NCBI GenBank assembly: GCA_044226625.1
Contig: JBGAGQ010000105.1
Location: forward strand, 1-14,486
From: Thermoanaerobaculia bacterium
Lineage (GTDB): Bacteria > Acidobacteriota > Thermoanaerobaculia > Multivoradales > UBA5704
Direction of reading: 5' to 3'
DNA length: 14,486 bases
The notes under the pieces were generated by a model. That model saw only the letters and a program-made list of their open reading frames with translations, was not told where the DNA came from and did no database searches. A program made the position numbers and the translations under genes. Positions 1 to 6,497 of this stretch are shown here, piece after piece; position 1 is the stretch's first letter, and each line of letters begins with the position of its first letter.

Positions 1-185
1 GGCGCGACGAACAGCGCGAGCGCCAGCTCCGAGTCGAGGCCGATCGTCGGCGCGCCGGGGATCAGCGCTGCGACGGCGCCCGCGAACGCCACCAGCGCGG
101 GGTAGGGGGCGCCGAGCTTGCGCGACAAGGCGGCGAGCGCGGCGCCGGCCATCAGGAGCGCGATGACGATCTCGAAGACTTTCAT
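1..185 (-). CDS. Na+/H+ antiporter, CPA1 family (5' part, runs off window edge)
   Basis: Not in the ORF track. Hand translation from ATG at 185 gives MKVFEIVIALLMAGAALAALSRKLGAPYPALVAFAGAVAALIPGAPTIGLDSELALALFVA, which fits the N-terminal pattern of bacterial CPA1 antiporters (xxPYPxxLxxxG ... LDPELxLxLFxxP). It starts 13 nt after the GNAT stop. Confidence 0.85.
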   Translation of the reverse strand, partial: MKVFEIVIALLMAGAALAALSRKLGAPYPALVAFAGAVAALIPGAPTIGLDSELALALFVA

Positions 186-198
186 CGCCCGGCTCGCC

Positions 199-741
199 TC
201 AAGCGTCCGACTCCCGCGTCATTTCGACCATGGTGCGCCGGAAGCCGGCGCGCTCGAACAGCCGCTGCGCGGTCTCGTTCCGCTCCGCGGTCGACAGGAC
301 GACGCGCGGCGCCCCCCGCTTCGCAAGCTCGGCGAGCGTCGCATCGAGCAGCGTCCGGCCGATCCCCCGGCCGCGAGACGCCGGGTCGACCACGATGTCG
401 TAGAGCACGCCGGCCGGACCGCGGAGCGACATGTAGTCGGTCCCCTCAATGCCGGAGTAGGTGTAGCCGACCACCTGCCCCTCGTGCTCGGCCACGCGGA
501 TCAGGACGTCCGGCTCCGCGAGCTGCGTTCCGAGATAGGCGCCGTACCGCCGCGCCGTCTCCGAGGTCTCGGGGAGGAAGCGGAGCGGATCGAAGCCGTG
601 ATGGAGGCGCACCAAATGGGCGCCGAGCCGGCCGATCGCCTCGAGGTCCGCGGGGGTCGCGGGCCGCAGGACGACCGCTGGATCCGCGGCAGGCGGCGTC
701 GGCGGTTCGGGGGGTGGTGCGCCTGGTGAACTCGCCGGCAT
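199..741 (-). CDS. GNAT family N-acetyltransferase
   Basis: Shows LRPATPADL at the domain start, acetyl-CoA motif A IVVDPASRGRGIGRTLL, and C-terminal NETAQRLFERAGF. It has a Pro-rich N-terminal extension. Confidence 0.93.
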   Translation of the reverse strand: MPASSPGAPPPEPPTPPAADPAVVLRPATPADLEAIGRLGAHLVRLHHGFDPLRFLPETSETARRYGAYLGTQLAEPDVLIRVAEHEGQVVGYTYSGIEGTDYMSLRGPAGVLYDIVVDPASRGRGIGRTLLDATLAELAKRGAPRVVLSTAERNETAQRLFERAGFRRTMVEMTRESDA

Positions 742-747
742 TGGATA

Positions 748-776
748 ACGATACGGGCCGAGGTCCGCCGAATCAA
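748..776 (-). promoter_or_regulatory. sigma70-type promoter for a leaderless GNAT transcript
   Basis: Minus strand reads TTGATT (776-771), 17 nt, TATCGT (753-748), 6 nt, then ATG (741). There is no Shine-Dalgarno sequence. Confidence 0.6.
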
Positions 777-3001
777 CGTGGCTGGGTTGCCGGGGCGGCG
801 GGTGCTGGAGCGGCGGGTGCCGGCGCGGCGGTCTCCGTGGCGGCGATCCCGGAAGCTTCGCCTCCGGACAGGCAGCGCATCGGCACCGGGCGTTCGAGGG
901 GGTCGCCGGAGAAGCCGACGACGAACAGGCCGACGGTGAGCTCCCTCGTGTCCCGCGAGCCCGGCATGGTCTCGCTCGGGCGCCAGACGGGATCGGCGGT
1001 GAGGACGATCACCACCGACGAGCCGTCGGGGGCGAGGGGCTCGGTGAGTGGGAAGCGGGCGAGCTGTTCGCCCCCCGCGGGATCGAAGCGGAACGTTCCG
1101 AGCGTCCGCCCTGCCGCTTTCGCCGTGAGCGTGAACGTCGGCTCGGGGCGGGAGAGGGTGCTCGGCGGAGGCATCCAGGCGCGGACGATCAGGTCGCCGG
1201 GTGCGGCCTTGAGGCGCAGGCGGGCCGTCGGGCCCATCCAGCGGAACGGCGGCTCCCAGGTGTAGAGGCCGAACAGGGCGACGTCGTCCCGCGGGGAAGC
1301 TCGGAAGTCGGCCACGTGCGCCGCGGCGGTCGGGGCCACGAGGCCGCTCGGGGTCGCACAGACCGGCACGGTCGCGGCGCCGACGGCGTCGGCCCAGCGG
1401 TCGAGCACCTCGTTCTCGCGCCGGAGATCGTCGGCCGAGACGCCCGGAACGATTCGGGTTCCCGGCGGCGCCAGGGCGAAGCGCTCGCCGGCGATCGGCC
1501 GCGGGAAGTGGGTGCGGAAGATCGTCGAGAACGCGAGGCTGCCGTCGTGGATTCCAGGGAAAGGGAACAGGCCGTCGGTGAGCGTCCAGGGCGGTGCGCC
1601 GGGCCGGGCAGCTTCCGCTTCCAGGAGATGTGAGAGCACCGCGGCGGCGCGCCAGAAGGCGGGCGAGGCGTCGTGCGGTGGGGAGGGGAGGGTCTGGCGG
1701 AAGCTCGCGGCCTGGCCGAGCACGAACGGGATCGCGACCAGCAGGACCGCGATTCGGTCCCACGAGAACGCCGCCGCGAGTCGGCTCCGCGGGGACGGCG
1801 TCTCCCCGCCGGGTGCCGGAGAGCCCCGGAAGCGAGAGGCGATCCGCGTGGCGAGCGCGTCGAGCAGCAGGCCGAAGGAGAGGGCGAGCGGCGCGGTGAA
1901 CGGGTAGTAGTAGCGGTTCGAGTTCGGCAGCGCGGCGAAGGTCAGGTCCGGACGGTTCAGGCCGACCGCGAAGGCGAGCGCTGCCGAGCCCGCCCAGAGC
2001 GAAAGGAGCAGGTCGCGTCCGGTGCGTCCGGAGCGCCAGGCGCGCCAGAAGGCGAACGCCGCGAGCAGCCAGCCCACGACGGACGCCGCGGCCCGCCAGG
2101 AGACGGGCGGGATCAGCACCCCTCCCGCCGTGGTGAGGAACTGTCCCGGGGCGCTCGCGAGGATCGCGAAGAACGCCGGGAGGCCGGAGAGCGAGGGGGA
2201 GGGGAACGGGCGGTTCGCGTAGGCGGCGTAGTCGGCGCGCATGAACACGAGAACCGCGAGCCCGGCGAGCGGGAGCGCGAGCGCGGTCCGGCGGGCGAGG
2301 GTCCGCGCGCGGGACTTCTCTCCGAACGAGGCGAGGACGAACGCGAGCCAAGGGGCCGCGAGCCCGGGGAGCGCGCCGGTCGTGGCCGCGAGACCGCCGA
2401 TCGAGAACAGGGCGGTTCGTCCCGGCGACGGCGGGGCGCCGACCCGATAGAACCGCGTGAGCCCGAGGAGCACGGCGACCCAGGCCCCCATCACGACCGC
2501 TCCCGTCGGGTACCAGACGGCGCTGCCGGCGAAACCCGCTCCCGCGGCGTAGAGAAGGGTCGAAGCGAGCACGCCGACGCGGCCCGCGCCTGCGGCGAGC
2601 GCGAGCCGGCCGACGGCCCAGGCTCCCGCGGCGTGGAGGGCGAGCAGCGCCAGGTGGAAGAACCGGGCGTCGGCGCCGAAGAACCAGGTGCTCGCCGAGA
2701 AGAGGAGCCGCCAGGCGGGGATCAGGTGCTCGTTGTGGGGGAGGAAGAGGAGGTCGACGAGGCGATAGGCGCCGAGCCGCCAGAGCGCCACCACGTCGAG
2801 CACGTCCAGGTCGTCGAAGCCGTACGGCGCTCCGATCGCGAGCCATCCCGTGCAGAGGGCGGCCGCGAGGGCCCACAGGTAGAGGCGTCCGGTGGAGGGC
2901 CGATCCGGAGGCGCCTCGGAAGGCGGCGCTCCGTCGTGTCCGGAAGGCGAGCCGGCGGCCTTTCGAGCCGAGGGGTGCGACGCGGGCCGGTCGGCGATCA
3001 T
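773..3001 (-). CDS. Polytopic membrane protein, probable GT-C superfamily glycosyltransferase with C-terminal extracytoplasmic domain
   Basis: It has many hydrophobic segments, an acidic FDD after TM1 followed by LFLPHNEHLIPAWRL, and a later SNRYYY motif. The soluble C-terminal part contains GLYTWEPPFRWMG and ends DTRELTVGL plus an Ala/Pro tail. It lies divergent from a sugar-nucleotide/GT2 operon. Confidence 0.65.
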   Translation of the reverse strand: MIADRPASHPSARKAAGSPSGHDGAPPSEAPPDRPSTGRLYLWALAAALCTGWLAIGAPYGFDDLDVLDVVALWRLGAYRLVDLLFLPHNEHLIPAWRLLFSASTWFFGADARFFHLALLALHAAGAWAVGRLALAAGAGRVGVLASTLLYAAGAGFAGSAVWYPTGAVVMGAWVAVLLGLTRFYRVGAPPSPGRTALFSIGGLAATTGALPGLAAPWLAFVLASFGEKSRARTLARRTALALPLAGLAVLVFMRADYAAYANRPFPSPSLSGLPAFFAILASAPGQFLTTAGGVLIPPVSWRAAASVVGWLLAAFAFWRAWRSGRTGRDLLLSLWAGSAALAFAVGLNRPDLTFAALPNSNRYYYPFTAPLALSFGLLLDALATRIASRFRGSPAPGGETPSPRSRLAAAFSWDRIAVLLVAIPFVLGQAASFRQTLPSPPHDASPAFWRAAAVLSHLLEAEAARPGAPPWTLTDGLFPFPGIHDGSLAFSTIFRTHFPRPIAGERFALAPPGTRIVPGVSADDLRRENEVLDRWADAVGAATVPVCATPSGLVAPTAAAHVADFRASPRDDVALFGLYTWEPPFRWMGPTARLRLKAAPGDLIVRAWMPPPSTLSRPEPTFTLTAKAAGRTLGTFRFDPAGGEQLARFPLTEPLAPDGSSVVIVLTADPVWRPSETMPGSRDTRELTVGLFVVGFSGDPLERPVPMRCLSGGEASGIAATETAAPAPAAPAPAAPATQPR

Positions 3002-3055
3002 CGCCGGCTAGGATATCTTTCGCCGAGCCGTATCGGAGAGAGGAACCCCACACGC
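3002..3055. promoter_or_regulatory. Compact divergent promoter region with RBS for the dehydrogenase
   Basis: A 54-nt gap with an AT-rich core TAGGATATCTTT (3009-3020). This gives TAnnnT boxes on both strands: + TAGGAT and TATCTT; - TATCCT, 8 nt before ATG 3001. A purine-rich GGAGAGAGGA precedes ATG 3056. Confidence 0.4.
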
Positions 3056-4306
3056 ATGCCAGAAGAAATGCCCACCCCCGCCCAGGACGCCCCCGGAAGG
3101 CCCGTCTTCGACCGGGACGTCTGCGTGATCGGGGGCGGCGGACACGTCGGGCTGCCGTTCGCGATGATCTGCGCGGAGAGCGGCTTGAAGACGGTGATCT
3201 ACGACACCGACCGCGAGAAGGTCGCCCGGATCGCCGCGGGCCAGATGCCCTTTTTGGAAGACGGGGCCGACGAGCTGCTGCCGCGCGTGCTCGCGAGCGG
3301 ACGGCTGGAGGTCACCGCCGATCCGGCGCTCGAGCGCTGCCGCTTCCTGGTGATGATCATCGGCACGCCCGTCGACGCCCACCTGAACCCGAGCTTCTCC
3401 GCGCTCCAACGCGCGATCGACGGCTGCCGGGACCAGTTGCGCGACGGCCAGATCCTGATCGTCCGGAGCACCGTCTTTCCCGGTACGAGCGAGCGGCTGG
3501 AGCGCCATCTGCGCGAAGATCTGAAGCTCGACGTGCACGTCGCCTGCTGTCCCGAGCGCGTGGCGCAGGGCAAGAGCCTGGAGGAGTTCCGGACCCTGCC
3601 GCAGCTGGTCTCGGCGTTCGATCCGGCGACGCTCGAAGCGGTGAAAGGGTTGTTTTCCCGCTTCTGCCCCGAGCTGGTCGAGATGAAACCGGCGGAGGCC
3701 GAGCTGTGCAAGCTGATGACCAACGCCTGGCGCTATCTGCAATTCGCGGCGGTCAACCAGTTCTACATGCTCGCCTCGGACCACGACGTCGATTTCGAGC
3801 GCATCCTCCACGGCTGCCGTCATCACTACCCGCGGATGAGCGGGATGCCCGGGCCGGGGCTCACCGCCGGTCCCTGCCTGGTCAAGGACACGCTCCAGCT
3901 CGCCGCCTTCAGCAACAACCAGTTCGTGCTCGGCCACGCCGCGATGCTGATCAACGAGGGGCTGCCGGCCCACCTGGTCAAGCTCGCGCGGCGCGCGACG
4001 CCGCTCGCCGGCAAAACCGTCGGCATCCTCGGCATGGGCTTTAAGGCGGAAAGCGACGACCCGCGCGACTCGCTCTCCTACAAGCTCAAGCACCTGCTCG
4101 CGCTCGAGGCGGGCAAGGTGCTCTGCCACGATCCGTACGTGCCCGACGCGCGCCTCGTGCCTCTCGATCAAGTGATCGAGGAAGCCGAGGTGATCTTCGT
4201 CGGCGCGCCCCACCGCGACTATCGGACGCTCGAGATCCCGCCCGGAAAAGTGGTGGTCGACGTCTGGAGCTGCCTCCCGTCCTCCTCCCACGACGCCAAG
4301 GAGTAA
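3056..4306 (+). CDS. UDP-glucose/GDP-mannose dehydrogenase family nucleotide-sugar dehydrogenase (WecC/WbpA-like)
   Basis: Real portion of the 1673..4306 ORF. Motifs: VCVIGGGGHVGLP (Rossmann), IGTP, RSTVFPGT, CPERV, AELCKLMTN, catalytic Cys in GPCLVKD, and GMGFKAESDDPRDS. Start is 3056 (alternative 3068). Confidence 0.92.
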   Translation: MPEEMPTPAQDAPGRPVFDRDVCVIGGGGHVGLPFAMICAESGLKTVIYDTDREKVARIAAGQMPFLEDGADELLPRVLASGRLEVTADPALERCRFLVMIIGTPVDAHLNPSFSALQRAIDGCRDQLRDGQILIVRSTVFPGTSERLERHLREDLKLDVHVACCPERVAQGKSLEEFRTLPQLVSAFDPATLEAVKGLFSRFCPELVEMKPAEAELCKLMTNAWRYLQFAAVNQFYMLASDHDVDFERILHGCRHHYPRMSGMPGPGLTAGPCLVKDTLQLAAFSNNQFVLGHAAMLINEGLPAHLVKLARRATPLAGKTVGILGMGFKAESDDPRDSLSYKLKHLLALEAGKVLCHDPYVPDARLVPLDQVIEEAEVIFVGAPHRDYRTLEIPPGKVVVDVWSCLPSSSHDAKE

Positions 4307-4310
4307 CCGC

Positions 4311-5333
4311 TTGAAAGTACTGGTCACCGGAGCGGCCGGATTCATCGCCGGCTATCTGATCGAAGAGCTTCTGTCCCGCGGCTTCGAGGTCGTCGGGCTC
4401 GACAACTATTCGAAATACGGCCCGCTCGAAAAGAGCTACAGCGGCCACCCGAACTATCGGTTCGTCGAAGGGGACGCCAAGGACGCGGACCTCGTCGCCG
4501 ATCTGCTCGCGGGCTGCGACCATTTCGTCGCGGGCGCCGCGATGATCGGCGGCATCGCCTACTTCCACACCTTCGCCTACGATCTGATCGCGGAGAACGA
4601 GCGGATCACCGCGGCGAGCTTCGATGCCGCGATCCGCGCGTTCAAGGCGGGGAGCTTGAAGAAGATCACGGTGCTCTCGAGCAGCATGGTGTTCGAGAAC
4701 GCGACGAAGTTTCCGACCCCGGAATCGCATCTTTACGAATGCCCGCCGCCCACCTCGACGTACGGCTTCCAGAAGCTCGCGTGTGAGTATTTCGCCCGCG
4801 GCGCGCGGCTTCAGTACGGGCTGCCCTACACGATCTGCCGGCCGTTCAACTGCGTCGGAACGGGGGAGCGGCGCGCGCTCTCGGACGAGGAGGTCCTCTC
4901 CGGCAACGTCAAGCTCGCGATGAGCCACGTGCTCCCCGACCTGATCCAGAAGGTCTTGAAGGGACAGGATCCCCTCCACATCCTCGGCGCGGGCGACCAG
5001 GTACGGTGCTACACCTACGGCGGCGATCTCGCGAAAGGGATCGCTACGGCGATGCTCCATCCGGCGGCCGACAACGAGGACTTCAACCTCTCGACGCCGG
5101 TCGCGACCACCGTGCTCGAATTGGCCGAGGCGGTCTGGAAGAAGATCCACGGGCCGGACCAGCCGTTCCGCTACGTATCGGACGCGCCGTTCACCTACGA
5201 CGTCCAGATGCGGGTGCCGGACGTGACCAAGGCGAAAGAGGTGCTCGGCTTCGAGGCGTCGACCTCGCTCGACGCTGTGCTCGACGAGGTCGTGCCGTGG
5301 ATCCGCGAGGAGCTCCAGTGGGGTCGGATCTAG
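4311..5333 (+). CDS. NAD-dependent epimerase/dehydratase (extended SDR)
   Basis: Motifs VLVTGAAGFIAG, catalytic SSS and YGFQK (YxxxK), RPFNCVG, GDQVRCYTY. TTG start with GGAG RBS, 4 nt after the upstream stop. Confidence 0.93.
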   Translation: MKVLVTGAAGFIAGYLIEELLSRGFEVVGLDNYSKYGPLEKSYSGHPNYRFVEGDAKDADLVADLLAGCDHFVAGAAMIGGIAYFHTFAYDLIAENERITAASFDAAIRAFKAGSLKKITVLSSSMVFENATKFPTPESHLYECPPPTSTYGFQKLACEYFARGARLQYGLPYTICRPFNCVGTGERRALSDEEVLSGNVKLAMSHVLPDLIQKVLKGQDPLHILGAGDQVRCYTYGGDLAKGIATAMLHPAADNEDFNLSTPVATTVLELAEAVWKKIHGPDQPFRYVSDAPFTYDVQMRVPDVTKAKEVLGFEASTSLDAVLDEVVPWIREELQWGRI

Positions 5334-6061
5334 CGAGCGCGCCGCGCGCCTCGATCGTCGTCCCGGTGTTTAACGAGGGGGCGAACATCGCGGCGTTCTG
5401 CCGGCGGGCGATGGAGGCGTTCTCCGCGGACGTCGAGATCCTGATCGCCTACGACTTCGACGGCGACGATACGCTTCCGGCGCTCGCGGCGCTTCCGGAG
5501 GAAGAAAAACCGCGCGGCCTGCGGCTGGTGAAAAACGACCTCGGGCGCGGCGTCCGCTACGCGATCGAGGCGGGCATGCGCGCCGCGCGCTCGCCGGTCG
5601 TCGTGGTCTCGATGGCCGACCTGTCCGACGACTACGCGAAGCTCGAGGAGATGATCCGCCGCGCGACCGCGGGCGCCGCCGTGGTCGTCGCGAGCCGGTA
5701 TACGAAAGGGGGAGCGCAGCACGGCGGCCCGTGGCTCAAAGGGCAGCTCAGCCGCGCCGCGGGGATCTCCCTCCACTACCTCGCCGGCCTGCCGACGCGC
5801 GACCCGACGAACAGCTTCAAGGCCTACCGCAAGGATTTCCTCGACCGCACCCCGATCGAAAGCCCGGCGGGCTTCTGCCTCGCGCTCGAGCTCACCGCGA
5901 AAGCCCATTTCGCGGGAGAGCGCGTCGAAGAGATTCCGGCGGAGTGGTGGGACCGCACCGCCGGAGAGAGCCGCTTTCAACTCCGCAAATGGCTGCCGCT
6001 CTACCTGCGCTGGTACTTCTGGGCGATCCGGCAGCGGTGGGCGCGCCGTTCGCCTGGCTAG
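5318..6061 (+). CDS. Glycosyltransferase family 2, polyprenol-phosphate glycosyltransferase (DPM1/ArnC-like)
   Basis: Motifs SIVVPVFNEGANI, VVASRYTKGG, DPTNSFKAYR, EIPAEWWDRTAGESRF. GTG at 5318 is preceded by GAGGAG and overlaps the epimerase 3' end. The ORF-track start at 5006 is too far upstream. Confidence 0.9.
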   Translation: MGSDLASAPRASIVVPVFNEGANIAAFCRRAMEAFSADVEILIAYDFDGDDTLPALAALPEEEKPRGLRLVKNDLGRGVRYAIEAGMRAARSPVVVVSMADLSDDYAKLEEMIRRATAGAAVVVASRYTKGGAQHGGPWLKGQLSRAAGISLHYLAGLPTRDPTNSFKAYRKDFLDRTPIESPAGFCLALELTAKAHFAGERVEEIPAEWWDRTAGESRFQLRKWLPLYLRWYFWAIRQRWARRSPG

Positions 6062-6447
6062 GGCCGGCACGGTCGGCCGCAGCCGAGCGGCTCGGGCATC
6101 GCGATACGTTCGGCGCAGATGTCCATCTGGTGACCGATCGAGAGCAGCTCCACCTTGAGGTAGAGATAGGTTCCGAAATAGCAGACGTTGTCCAGTTTTT
6201 GGATCGCCCGGTAGCAGCCCTCGAACAGCTGGAGCGTACGGCGCAGGTTGAAGCACCCCTCGACGTCCAGGCAGGAGAGCTGGTTACGCCGGGCGCACTG
6301 GACCGCCACCTCCTCACTGATCGCGGCGAAGATCTCCGCGGGACATTGGGGTGGGGGCTCGCCGAAATCGCCCGCGTGGGCCGGGGCGAGGAGGCCGGTG
6401 CCCAGGAGGAGGAGGCAGAAGAGGGCGGCGGTTCGAATGCGCGGCAT
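6058..6447 (-). CDS. Small secreted Cys-rich helical protein (129 aa), Ntox16-like domain
   Basis: Last 129 codons of the 6058..8466 ORF. ATG 6447 has the RBS GAAGGAG. The signal peptide MPRIRTAALFCLLLLGTGLLAPAHA ends in AxA. The mature part has 9 Cys (C-x15-C-x7-C-x5-C-x12-C-x10-C-x21-C-x11-C-x3-C). The gene is well supported; the Ntox16 resemblance comes from recalled Cys spacing only. Confidence 0.8.
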   Translation of the reverse strand: MPRIRTAALFCLLLLGTGLLAPAHAGDFGEPPPQCPAEIFAAISEEVAVQCARRNQLSCLDVEGCFNLRRTLQLFEGCYRAIQKLDNVCYFGTYLYLKVELLSIGHQMDICAERIAMPEPLGCGRPCRP

Positions 6448-6497
6448 GGCGTCTCCTTCGAGGTTTCCGAGGCGTCGATCGAAGAATGGCGAGAGGC

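Noticed and set aside
795-831. 15-nt tandem repeat (about 2.5 copies of GCGGCGGGTGCYGGM)
   Set aside because: It encodes the APAAP low-complexity tail of the membrane protein. It is in frame and is neither a CRISPR nor a phase-variation tract.
501-3053. 850-aa minus ORF, and likewise the 1365-aa ORF at 8803..12900 and the other short alternative-frame ORFs
   Set aside because: These are low-complexity Arg/Pro-rich off-frame or antisense products overlapping better supported genes.
1673-3055. N-terminal 461 codons of the 877-aa ORF
   Set aside because: They are antisense to the membrane protein gene. Dehydrogenase homology begins only after the RBS and ATG at 3056.
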